Assembly: GCA_001643675.2 (NCBI GenBank)
Contig: LSRY02000011.1
Coordinates: 248,001 to 312,000, forward strand
Source: Monocercomonoides exilis PA203
Taxonomy: Eukaryota; Protista; Preaxostyla
Reading direction: 5' to 3'
Length of the DNA stretch: 64,000 nt
Shown here one piece after another: positions 1 through 15,200 of this stretch. The stretch's first letter is position 1; every line of letters begins with the position of its first letter. The translations under genes and the position numbers were made by a program. The notes under the pieces were generated by a model that was not told the DNA's origin, searched no databases, and saw nothing but the letters and a program-made list of their open reading frames with translations.

Positions 1-2941
<2,941 letters not shown>

Positions 2942-3121
2942 CATCTATCGTACAAATAAATTTTTTCGTTTCATATATTATATTTATCTTTCCTTTTTTT
3001 TTAAAATAAGATTTTTTTTGATTGCATTTTATTTGAAATTTTGGGAATTTTGATTAATGTGAATAAATATTATTTATGGGTAAAAAATTCTGTTTGACAT
3101 TTGCTTCATAACGTTTAAAAA

Positions 3122-4666
3122 ATGCATTCAATATTGAGCATATTCTCGTTGTTATTTGTAAGTTCTTTTGCAAACGAAGTGATTCTTTATGTTTCTCCTG
3201 ATGGGAATGATTATGAAAATTGTGGAGAGGAAAATGATCCGTGCAAAAGTGTATTATTCACAACTAATAAAGTACCCAAAAATTATCTTGCGAAAATATC
3301 TCTAATTGAAGCCAATTATTATGAAGATCAGATTTTATTAGAAGATGCTTATTTTGTCTATACTTCGGTTACAACTAAATATTGTTTTCCTTCAATTACC
3401 AACAGCAACCCAAATGTTGAATACTTATTTACAATACATAATGCTGACTGCAACGTTTCTCGTTTAAGTGTCAATGCAACTTGGTCGGGAAATGATCAAC
3501 CAAGATTATTTTCGTGCACAAACTCTTCTTTGATATTGGAATATGCAATCGTTTCTGTTCAAAGTTCTGATTATAAATTGGAATATTCTACATACAGCTC
3601 ATTGATAGACCTGACTAATACAACCTTTTATACTATTTGTACAAATCTTATGACAACGTTGAAACAATCTGATATAACGCAATACGATGAAAGCTCCACG
3701 TGTTTGTGGTCAACGGGATATATAAATATGGTTGAAACCAATGCGACTTTTATCAATTCTACGATTTCGAATTATAATTTTGGTGGAATTAATGCTGCAA
3801 GTAGTTGTATTCAATTTAATGGATTTTTTTTCAATCAACAAAGCTTATTCCCAAAATATCCTACGCTTTTACGTACGTTAACTGGAACAAATACAAAGAT
3901 TTCAGGAAGTAACGTTAGCACAAGTTCGAAGGCTGGAAACGTTGTGAATTTGTTATTTAATTTGGATAGTAATTGTGTGACGGATGATTTATTACATGAT
4001 AATATGACTGCACTATATGGAACCGCACATTTAGAAAGAGTTGACTGCGCAATGGTGAAATCTGAAGACTATCAAGAAAAATTAAAATTAGATATTTCTG
4101 GTTCAGGTATTCTTCCATGTAAAATGGAAGCTTATCTTATCTATGACAATTTCACCGCTCACACTCAAAAAATTACTTCAATTGAAAGCTCTGAAAAGGC
4201 TTCAGTCATTGTGGATGATGAGAAATTTGGGCATGAATACAAAAAGTTCGTTGTTGTTTTAATTACACCGGGATGGAATGGTTCAAAACAGTATTCAAAT
4301 GGTATATTTATTGATTTGGGAGCTGAAGGTCCGTATGAAAATGGGACTATTATCGATGATGCACAGAACACAACCAAGCGCGACCCACCTCAAAATACAA
4401 CTGATACCTCCAAAAACGTCACGGAGGAGAGTAGCTCTCCTTCTAAAGCAAGAGGCACAAGCCAAATGACAATTATGATTATTGTTAGTGCATGTGTACT
4501 TGTAGTCGGTATGATCTGCAGTGCAGTTGTGGCTGCAATTGTTGTTGCAATCGTTTTCAAAAGAAGAAACAGGAGGAATGTTGCAAACGCACCTAGGAAC
4601 ATAAAATTGGATGCTGAAGCAAGTTCATTTGCTATTAATCTTTCTGATGAGCAAAAAGCTGTGTAA
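3122..4666 (+). CDS. Intronless type I membrane/surface protein, probable right-handed beta-helix ectodomain
   Basis: 514-aa ORF with a signal peptide, an N-terminal YVSPDGND..CG...PCKSV cap typical of pectin-lyase-like beta-helix proteins, many N-x-S/T sites, an S/T stalk, one C-terminal TM helix and a basic stop-transfer (KRRNRR). Confidence 0.8.
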   Translation: MHSILSIFSLLFVSSFANEVILYVSPDGNDYENCGEENDPCKSVLFTTNKVPKNYLAKISLIEANYYEDQILLEDAYFVYTSVTTKYCFPSITNSNPNVEYLFTIHNADCNVSRLSVNATWSGNDQPRLFSCTNSSLILEYAIVSVQSSDYKLEYSTYSSLIDLTNTTFYTICTNLMTTLKQSDITQYDESSTCLWSTGYINMVETNATFINSTISNYNFGGINAASSCIQFNGFFFNQQSLFPKYPTLLRTLTGTNTKISGSNVSTSSKAGNVVNLLFNLDSNCVTDDLLHDNMTALYGTAHLERVDCAMVKSEDYQEKLKLDISGSGILPCKMEAYLIYDNFTAHTQKITSIESSEKASVIVDDEKFGHEYKKFVVVLITPGWNGSKQYSNGIFIDLGAEGPYENGTIIDDAQNTTKRDPPQNTTDTSKNVTEESSSPSKARGTSQMTIMIIVSACVLVVGMICSAVVAAIVVAIVFKRRNRRNVANAPRNIKLDAEASSFAINLSDEQKAV

Positions 4667-5405
4667 TAATGAGATCACTGTATATTTTTATAGTTATGAG
4701 GTCACTTTGTTGCAAATGTTAATGTTACAAAGTGAAATAATAATATGAGATTTTTGTGAATGTTGTATGTTTTATAGCGAGAGCAACCTCAAGATGAGAG
4801 ATGCTTTCCTTCAATATTATATTTTTTACGTTTTATTTGTTTCGAGTGATGAATATGTATTTTTGTTATTTTTTTTTCCTCATTTTCATTTGAACGTTTC
4901 TGTTATGTATTAAAATTCTGTGAGCAAAATATCAGTGGGAAATTCTTTTTTAAGTGACCAAAGTTCTGAAAAATCTTTCAGAGAATAATGGTTAAATTCA
5001 ATTGGAAAGAGTTGGAAAAATACTTTAAATTTTTTAATGATTCCGAAAAATAACTGTTATTAATCCATTGGATATCATTTATTGATTAAATAGGGATAAT
5101 GTGTAATGATAAATAGTCATAAGAGAAGCAATGTGTCTGAAAACTGCATATCATAAATAATCCAAAGCGAAATGATAAAAACTTACTCATACAAACAGCA
5201 CCCCATTCAACTGAATAGTTCTCTTTACTCTTCACTCACTAAAACAAACTAAAAACATAAAACTTGCTTCTTTTTGTTCTCTTTGTGCATCTTCATTCTT
5301 GAATAACACAAAAATTTAACAAAACATATCCAAAACATTTTCCTGCTTCAAATTCGCCTCCTCTTCACTTTCTTCTTCCACCACTCGCTCTCATTTTTTG
5401 ATTCT

Positions 5406-8400
5406 TTATGCGAGCTTCTCCTTCTCGTTGCTCTCGAAGTCGAGGTTGTTCCTTTCTTCCTCATCAATCAATTCTTTGAAACTCAATGGCTCAAAGTCTC
5501 TTCCAGTTGCCTTGTAAAACTTGTTCTGCAGCTCCACCCAGTGCAACCTCAGGCAATGCAAAAAGGCTGACAGACCTTCCATCGCCAGCAGAATACCAAT
5601 CGTCGCCACCAGCCACACCGCCACACCCAGCGCTGCTCCGAAGAAGCCAGCAATTTCGCCTGCTTTGATCATTCCGTAGTCGAAGAAGACCTCCGCCAGC
5701 TGTCCGTGTGCCAGTGAAAGCGCCCAGAGACGGAGGTAGGAGGCTGTGTTACTCACGCACGAGAGAGAGAACTCGATGGTCTCAATCATCTGGTGCACAC
5801 ACATCTCGCCAATGTTGAACTCTTCCTCTTCGTCATCGTCTTCGCCTTCTGCTGCACGTGAGGCTGCTGCAGATGATCCAATCGAAGACGAAGATGATGC
5901 ACTCTGCGACACTTCGTTTGTGGCTGCTGTTGAAGAAGCAGAAGCAGAAGCAGACAAGTTGCCTGGCTTCGCTCCATCAAGCGATTCGTATCCGCCAGAA
6001 GCTGCTTGTGCCTTCTTTGCTTTGCCTTCTTTGATGTGCTGATAGATCAAAATGGCTGGCTTGGGAATGAGCATCCATGGAATGGAGATCACAATCAACA
6101 GAAGCAGGAACCGCTGCACCTGGTCTTGTCCTGGATAGAGCTTCTCATTTGGCGGAATGTCTTCGTTGAAGGCGAGAAACATGTTGATCATCGTTCGGAT
6201 GAGCATAGGAGCAGTCTGCGGGTCCTTCGCAAACAGCCACTTGTAGATGATCATGAAGTCCATGTATCCGAACATGGCTGTCATCAGAATGATCTGAGGG
6301 ATAAACTCACAATACAAGTTGACTTTGTTCTTGAAATACACATCGTTTGCACCTTTGAAGAGGATTCCCACAATCATGTGTGCGACGCCAATGATGACAG
6401 ACAGTTTCATCTTGATTGAATTAGAGAAGATCAGATTGTTTGTGCATTGACGCCAAATCTGATAAAAAGATAAAAATATATTTGGGTATGGTTCAAGATA
6501 AATATGGAAAAAAAAATATTTTTCCAAAATTAAAGATTTATTATAATAATAGGCAAATAACACACTGGATCGAATCCTAAGAAGTATGTGTATTTCTTCT
6601 GGCAGACGTTCGTTTCTGGGTCGCAGTCGTACGAAGAGCCGAAGAAGTTCATTGAGAGCGAGAAGCATTCGTTGTACATCAGCCCTGTGAAGACTGCCCA
6701 GAGGCCCATAAACACAAGCATGTACCGCCCGACATAGAGATACTCAACCAGATCGTTCATTCCCTTCCCCATTTTCTTTTCAAATAGCACAAAGAACAGC
6801 CCCACCAGAAACAGGAGGATGCCATGGCCAAAGTCCCCAAACATAATTGCAAACAGGAACGGGAACGTGACAAATGTGATCATTCCTGGATTCACCTCGC
6901 GGTAGTCGGCTGTTCCGTACGCATTCACAATCGCCTGGAACGCCTGTGTCACTTTTGTTGTCCGGATGAATGTGGGCGGAGGACGTGAGCGTCTCTTTCG
7001 CATCTCTCTCCGCTTTCGCTCAGCAACAGCTGCATCCAAATGTGCAATGGCAAGAGGCCTTTCGTCTTCTTCTCCATCGACCATTGGCGCAACCACTGTC
7101 ACTTCATCTCCTTCTGTCAGCCCAACAGGCACTGTGTTCTCAACATCTACCATCTTCCCATTCTCTGCATGGGACTTGATGATGTGGGCAATGGATGGCA
7201 CTGACGACGACGATGCAATAGAAGCTCTGTGAAGAGCATCCTGCAGATCAGACAAGGAGCGTGTAGGAACCCATCCTTCGCCGACAAGGCATTTGGAGAT
7301 GGTGTCATTAGAGAATTTGTTCAGTGTGTGGAAGAGCTGCTTCTCGCTGATCACAAACGCTGTCCACTGATTCAAGTCGCGACGGATGTGGTCGAGTAAT
7401 TCGTTCAGTGTGGCTTCTGTTTTGTTGATCACAGTTTTGATATCAGCCAGACGTGCTTCGATTTCTGTCAGCATCGCTTCTCTTTCAGCCTCACTCTCTC
7501 TGATTGTGTACACAGACGCAGAAAGAGATTCAGCAATTCGGATAATCCTGTTTCTTGTGAATTCTCCACTGAAGAATACAACAAACACTTCCTTGTCAAT
7601 TGGATTGCTCTAATAAAGAAAAGTACCACAAATAAACAATTTTTTTATGATAATAATAATAAGTAACAACAAACAGAGCTTGCGTCGAGAGTTTTCTCTT
7701 CAATTGGGACTGTATTGACAAAAACGTTTCCTCTTGTAACAACATAGCACATCCTTTGGAATGTTTCGATCTTTGTTTTTGGAATAACTCCAGCGATAAA
7801 GCTACGTTAAAAAAAGAAAGAAAGAAAAATTAATTATTTTGTGTATTGAAATTATGCAAACCCTATTTTAACATTCATAGCAGAACTACTTGTTGATTGG
7901 TAGGCCAGTGGTTGTTTGTCTGTTTCAAGAATAGGTTGTTTATCGAAGAAGCCTGCTCCAAGTTTTAGCACATGTCTGAGTTCGATCAGTTCGTTTTCAT
8001 GTCGCTTAAATGCTTCCAGATTGATATTATGTTCACGAAGTTGAGTATCGATATCTTCAAATTGAGCTTCGAGATCAGAAAAAGAAAATTGCTGCAATGT
8101 CGAATCATCAACAACTTCAAGACGTGCGCGAACAACTTGAGCACGGAAATATCGCAGATGGCGCTGCATCTCATCACAACGTTTAATTTCTCCAATGAAC
8201 TCCCTTTTGTTTGAGTTCAGGGAGGGATTCATATCTTCAAAATGCACAATTCCAAGTTTTCCTAATTCGTGTATGGTTTGATATGCTAGAGTTGCAAAAT
8301 ATCAAACAAGAAAATTTGAACCAGTTTTCATGCAAATTACAAAAAGAAAACAAGTAACCTGCTTCTCTTGGAAACACAAATTGAAGATAATCCATTGGTT

Positions 8401-8464
8401 CGCTACGGAACATATGGATTTCTTGACCTGTGGTGTCCTTGAAGCGAGACATGAAATCAGACAT
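5406..8464 (-). CDS. VPH1: V-type H+-ATPase V0 subunit a (multi-exon)
   Basis: Motifs FRSEPM, FEDMNP, EGWVP, PPTFIRT, YREVNP, FPFLFAIMFGDFGHG, YNECFS, NSIKMKLS, SNTASYLRLWALSLAH (essential Arg) and EGLSAFLHCLRLHWVE. Likely ATG at 8464; stop TAA at 5406. Confidence 0.97.
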
Positions 8465-8521
8465 TTTCACAAAGATCAATACGCCCATTCATTTCTGTCA
8501 AAATTTTTATTTGTTCAGAAG

Positions 8522-9679
8522 ATGAGCTCTGCTTATCAAAAGGCTGGAAATTCACCTTTGGACCAACGTCTTACAACAATACAGTTGCGTATAAAGGATC
8601 TATTGAACGATATACAGAATCTAAATTCGTTTGATTTTTGATAATTTTGAATAAGCTTTTAAAGAAGTAATACTTGAACGTACTTCTAAATTTCTTTAAT
8701 TGCAGTAAAAGTCCAAACATTGAAGAAGTTAAGCAATCAATAATGTCTAGGTTAAGGCAATATGGTTTGATATTTTTTTTCTTGAGATCAAAACTTAACG
8801 TTTCCGATTTTTTGAAAGAAACTGAATTAAGCAGACTCAGAGCAGATGTCAAAGGAAAAGGAAACTTACAAATGAGATTTGATCAAATTCAGCAATCATT
8901 TTCCTCGGCCCAGAAAGCATATGACAACAAGATCCAAATTCTGGCGAAGCGTGAAGCCAAAGGTGGAATGAATACAGCCATAAAATATGGAATGACACAG
9001 TATATATCGATATAATTTTTATAAAAAATTATTGATATATTTTTCCTAAAATATTTATTGCAGAGAAGAAATAGCTGCTCAAAAGGCACAGTATGATTTT
9101 TCTTTTCTTGAACAATTTTCCAGACTTTCAATTCAATAATGTTCTTAGACAGGAACAAGAAGCAATGATGCAGCAACAAGCTAATTATCAAGCATCTATA
9201 CTTGAAGATAGAGAAAAGCAGTTTAAAGAAATTCATGTTTGAAAAAATCTGTTTATTTGCATTCTTTTATATTAAAACATTATTAATTTGTAAAAAAATT
9301 TAACAGAGGGATATTGTTCTTGTTAGAGAAGCCACACAAGATATGAATCAAATGCTTAACGAGCAAACCGAACAACTTTGTTTGTTATTTTAAAAGTAAT
9401 TTTGTAATTGACTTTAAAATATGAATATTATTTATTTTAAAAAATGTTATTAATATACGATAAATGTTTTTAACAATGCCTGTTTAACTTATGCTAGTGC
9501 TTGCAAGTGATAATTCATACAAAGCATCGCAGAATGTTGAAGCTGGGGTGACTGAACTGAAAAAAGCTGACAAATACGATAGAAAGTCGAGAAGGAAGCT
9601 GTGCATTCTTCTTCTGATTGTTGTCTTGGTTGTTGTTGCAGTTGCCTTGATTGTCTTTTTCACAGTCAGGAAAAAGTAA
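8522..9679 (+). CDS. Qa-SNARE syntaxin (probably endosomal Pep12/Syx7-12 type; multi-exon)
   Basis: Helical N-terminus, SNARE motif QDMNQMLNEQTEQL..A.QNVEAGVTELKKA, juxtamembrane KSRRKLC and a C-terminal TM anchor; stop TAA at 9677-9679. Confidence 0.88.
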
Positions 9680-10877
9680 ATAATATAATTCCAATTCTGA
9701 GTGTTTCATTGTTTTCAGTAGTTTTTTTACATTTGCGTTCATTGTTTATTACTATATCATCTGTTTTCATTAACTGCCATATCTTTATCTTTGCAACTCT
9801 TCTGTCTCACTTCATAATTCTCTCCCACACAAAATGACTATCTGTCGTTGGTGTTGGAGTTTATGTGTTCCTCTGATTTCTTCACATTTAAAGAAGTTTT
9901 TTTTATCTTATTATAATCACTCTTTTTAATATTTAATTTTCAACTTTCTTCTTTGTTTTGAGATTTCATTGTATAAATTGAAACAAAACTTGAATGAATC
10001 ATAACAATACAAGGCATTTTTTAATTGTTAATCAGTGGTAGCTTGTATTAAGCAAGGAAACTTTATAATGATAATAAACTATGTGCAAAATGATATCATA
10101 GACACACTTTTAGTCGATGTGATAAACTAACAAATGGGATGTTATTTTTTGCTTTATGAATTTTGTTCCGCTCAATTTATTCTTTTATTTTTCTCAATTT
10201 TATTCATTTTCTTCATTGTTATTAATGGGAATGAAAGACTTGTAATGATTCAATGTGGAATCAATTTTTATCTAACAGTTGTTTTTTTTCAAAAAATCCA
10301 AAAAATTTTCCCTTTTTGTTTCTTTAAAAAGAATAAAATAAAGAATAATTTATATATTTTCCTTATTTTATTTCTATTGATTTATTCTGATTCTTTTTGT
10401 TAATAACATGGGGAAAAGTACAAACTTTCAAGCTTTTTGTGCACAAAGCATGAAAAAATTGATTCACTTATAACATTATTTAACTTTCAGAGATTTCAAA
10501 ATAAATTTGATTTTCGTATCCGTATATTAACGTAATTGATATAATAATATTGTGTTTTGTGATATCAAACGTTTTTCAAAAAATGAACCCATTTTTTTCG
10601 AATTTTTGGATCACAAAAAGTTCATCTGATGTGCATGATTTTTCAATGAAAATGCCTGAAGTTTAATATTTTTCTTCTCATTATTATTGCAAAATTTTTT
10701 GACGAATTTCTCTTTTGATTGTTGATTCGTTACAAAAAATATGAACAAAAAAGTTCATTTCATTCGAATAAAAATAAGGATTCATAACAATACTCACCAA
10801 AGTTAATGATACCTGTTTATTCAATATGAAAATCTTATTTTTTTAGAAAACAGTATATATTTTCGAAAGATATCATT

Positions 10878-11287
10878 TATAGTCACTTTCCAAATAGGCA
10901 GACGCTTTCTAAATGACCGGACAGTGCCCTTTTCTCAGCAGCTAATGATTGTTGAATTAAGAGCTTTTCCCACATCGCTTGTCAGGTGAATATAAGTACA
11001 TGCAGTTTGCCAAGAATGAAGAATTCTTGTGCATTCATTTTTTCAAAATTAATTTTGTTTTTCGGAGAATTTCGGAAAAACTAATTACTCCGTGTTTCTC
11101 TGATAAACAAAATTAATTTTGAAAAAATGAATGCACAAGAATTCTTCATTCTTGGCAAACTGCATGTACTTATATTCACCTGACAAGCGATGTGGGAAAA
11201 GCTCTTAATTCAACAATCATTAGCTGCTGAGAAAAGGGCACTGTCCGGCCATTTAGAAAGCGTCTGCCTATTTGGAAAGTGACTATA
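10878..11287. repeat. Near-perfect long inverted repeat (183-bp arms, 44-nt spacer)
   Basis: 10878-11060 is the reverse complement of 11105-11287, with one mismatch found (AAATGACCGG vs AAATGGCCGG). Confidence 0.97.
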
Positions 11288-11477
11288 TACTGTTTTTTGT
11301 TATGTTTTAAAAATTGACACATTTTAAATCCGAATTTTTTATCTCAAGTCGAAGTAAAAATTATGAAATTTTTGAAAAGGAAAATTCAATAGAAAGAGAA
11401 ATGCATATTCATGAAATTGAATGTTGATTCTAATCATGAACATAAGATTCAAAATATTCTTTGAAAGAATATTGTAT

Positions 11478-11867
11478 GTGTTGATAAAGGTGTATTCTTT
11501 CAATAACTCTGGACAGTGTCGTTATCACAACAACTGTTGATCATTTAAATTATATGATTTTTTCTATTATTTCATCAATGAATCCAAACTTATATGAATT
11601 GTTTAATCTTTCATCCAACAAAAGAAAAAAAAATTCAATAAAGAATATATATTATATTCATAGAAACACAAAGTGTCATGCTTCACAGGAAATTGAAAAT
11701 GTTTTTTCAAATGTCTAATTTGCATGATGTTTCATTACTGTTTGCAACAGAAGTTTGTGTTTATTAAGGGAATAACAGAGTTATTTGTCAAAAAAATGAA
11801 ACTTTCAATGGTCGTTGCGATAATGTCACTGTCCACAGTTTTCAAAAGTATCTGCCATTATTAACAC
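11478..11867. repeat. Degenerate inverted repeat (about 63-bp arms, about 265-nt spacer)
   Basis: 11478-11540 (..AACTCTGGACAGTGTCGTTATCACAACAACTGTTGA) aligns with the reverse complement of 11805-11867 (..AACTGTGGACAGTGACATTATCGCAACGACCATTGA). Confidence 0.8.
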
Positions 11868-12225
11868 TAATTTTATAAATGAAATGACAGATTATTTGCA
11901 CAAACAGAATGAAAATTTAAACTCAAATCAATTTTGAAAAAAGAATAATTTCTATAAATCATGATTATTTCACTTATTTTTATTGTATTTATCATATTCA
12001 TTGATAAGCCAATTTAGAACTAAATTGAGTGGTTGCAATTAATTGTAATTTTCTTGATGATTTTGAATTAAAATAACTCAAAAAATATTCAAAATAAAAA
12101 TGGATTTCAATTATATTCTATTTTATCATTTGCAAATACTGCAAATAACGCAAAAAATTCTATCAAAATTTGTAGAATATTATTTAGAATTTAATGAATT
12201 GTTTCTATTCATTTTTTTAACAATT

Positions 12226-15200
12226 TTATTGCTTACGAGAATTAAAAGAAGGTAAAGCAAAAGATGCAAAACTTGAAAGAGAAGGAGGAGGTGGAGGAGG
12301 AGGAAGAGGAAGAGAGGAAACAGAGCGAGAGACGGTTGCCTCAGACAAATTGCAATTTGGATTAGGAATAGAAGAAGAAGAATGAAGATGATTTTGAATA
12401 CCAGATGATTGAAATGCCAGATGTTCAGTTTCAAACAAAGGAGGATTTTGTGAAGTGGAAGACGAGGAATCAAAAGAACGAATGGAAGAATTTGGTAAAG
12501 GAGTTACGTGAAAGCGTTGTTGCGCCAGTTCTACTGATAAGTCAGCTAAAAGATGCTGTTGAGGTAATTTTGATTGAATTGAAGAAATGTTTGAATCAAC
12601 AAAATTTGACAAACTTTCGTTTTGAAATCGAAGTGATGCTGAAGAAGAAGGCAAAGAATTGCGAAATGGTTGATAATTTGTTGAACTGATCTGATTAGAC
12701 AAGGCAACATTTGAAGTTGCGGAAGAAGGAGAAAGAAGACTTTGAAGAGGCAAATAAAATTCTTTTTGAAATGAAAAAGATTGTGAAAACGGTAAAGTTA
12801 TATCTCTCGAAATTGTACGTTCAGAAGATGAAGAAGCCGAAAAAGAAGGATTGAAAGAATTTGAAGATGAACCAAAGACTGGTTGGTCGAAGCTGCGATA
12901 TTCGCCTAATTGTTGATTTGGCTGAATATGCACTTGGCGTTCTTGTGGCAGAAGTGTTTGAGTTTGAGATTGTTGCGAAGAAACCAAGTCAGATGAAGAA
13001 GGATTGAATGAATGATAAGACAGCTTGTTGAATGAAGGCAACAATTGCTGAGAATACAGCTGAGAGCTGTCCGGTTGAGAAGAAGGGAGAGAAGAAGGTA
13101 TTGAAGAAAATGACAAATCAGATGAAGAATGAGAAAGAGCAGGCGGAGAAGGCGAAAAAGTGGGAGAAGGATAAGACGGAGAAGAGGAGTGATCAGTTAT
13201 ATTTTGAGGAAATGAATTGAAAGTGTCACGCTGACTGTAGCTATTGAATGAGTTGCTATTCGATCTGTATTGCTGTGAATCAAAGTTTCTTTGAGAAGGA
13301 GAAGGATAATCAAGTGGAAGCGAAGGAGATGATGAAGGAGAAAATGAAGATGAAGGCAAAGGAGAAGGAGAAAACGACTGAAGAGGAAGTGGAACTTGAG
13401 GTGCATAAGAAGGAGAGTGTGACTGAGTTGATGATTGACGAGGCATTGGAAATGAAGGCGGAAAAGAAGAAATATTTGAAGGCTGGTCTGGTATCATGTT
13501 AACCGGATTAATTTGTGGATTCTCAAATTGTGGAGGAATACTGAAATTCTGAGTCGAATTCAAAGGCAACGGAATATTATAAACAGATTTCTGACTAATG
13601 AGAGGAGTGATGAATGAAGAAGTAGGAGGGAATGAAGAAGACGGAGAAATGTTTTGTGCGGAAGAATAATTCTGATTGTAATACTGAGATCGATATGTTG
13701 ATGAATTTGACATTGGCCCATAGCGATTGATATATCGCCCTCTTCCTCGAAAAGTTTGCTGTCTGTAAGGTCTTCTGAAATACCTTGGATTTGGAGTATT
13801 CCGAATATACGAGTAAGAAGAAGAAGAAGAAGAAGGAAGAGGAGGAAAATTCAATGGATAAGAAGAATTTGAAGGAAGTGATGATTGATAATACTGTCTT
13901 TGTCCATTGAAGTTGCTTCGTCCATAATAACCACCAGGCAACTGAGGAGGTTTGCCAGGAAAAGGCAGGAAGGATTTGGCTGTTGGATACGGTGACACAA
14001 CAGAAGAGCATTGATTGAGGACTGGCCGATGGTTCTCAGAGATCAGCTTGCACCACGACTTCAGAAAGAGGCGGAGCGAATGATTTGAGGCTGATGAAAG
14101 AAAAGTGTCTGACTGAAAAGATGAAGAAGACGAAGAAAATAATGACAAAGAAGAAGGTGCAGTAGACGAACTATCCTTTGGTTTAGGGATGTCTAATGAA
14201 GGAGATTGTAATGGAGATGGCGGGGATGAAATATCATTTGAAGAAGAAGAAGAAGAAGAATCATTTGCCTTTGGTTCTGATTCTGGCTTTTTTGATTTTT
14301 CTTCACTTTCATTTTCTTCCACTTCTTTTTTCTCTTTTCCATCTTTCACCGAAGCTGGTTCGGAGGCTGAATCTTTTTCGTCTAACACATTCTTAGATAT
14401 TAACGAAGATGTTGATGCGGCTGAAAATGAGGAAAAGAAAGGAAAAGGAAACACATCTGCTATTTTTTTTGGTAAGGATTGTGCCTTTGTAGATTCAGCA
14501 GTCGAATTACCAGAAGAAACTGAATATGAACTAATTGTTGATGTTGTTTCATTTGCCTTCCCATCACTTGAAGCATCAGAATGAGAGCTCATAGAATTAG
14601 TCATCAAATCAGAGTCATCTTTCTTCTCTTCATCCATCTTTTTTGTTTCAATCTCATTGTCTGCACCATCAACCTTTTCAATCTCTTCTTCTTTCTCATT
14701 CTCTTCTTCCTTCTCTGTTTTCTCATTCTCCTCTTCTTTTGCCATCATCCTCTCTGACAGCATCTTCTTCACATCCTCAAACCACTCCTTGTGTATCAAC
14801 GCAAAGTCCACCAGTGCATACATCGCAGGCTCAGCCACAATCTCCTCTTGTTTCTGTGACAATTCCCGCAAAAGTGAGTGAATAGGCCCAAAATACGGAT
14901 TTTTCTTGTGCAGATAGAACGACAGCTTGCCATATGTCAGAATGACACTCACTTTGACAAGCGCTGCAATTCGTCTGTCTGCAATGAGGAACGCGAAAAT
15001 CGAAGTCAGCTGCTCCCACCAGCGGTCAGGGTTGGAGCGGAGGAGAAGCGAAAGTGCCTGTGCTGCGCCATATTGGACGAGGAATGTCTCTTCGTCTTTC
15101 CACTGCTGTGTCTGGTGCTCGGTCAAAGACGGTGAAAAGAGAGAGGCTGAAATAGAAGCTTCAGAGCTGTCTGGAAGAAGGTCGATGTCAAAGCCGAGGC

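Noticed and set aside
10555-10760. Several short imperfect hairpins (also 11453-11473, 46459-46570, 47008-47025)
   Set aside because: Too short and AT-rich to distinguish individually from background.
10878-11287. Hairpin arm as a protein-coding or recoded ORF
   Set aside because: All frames I read contain stops within about 40 codons, and no family was recognisable.
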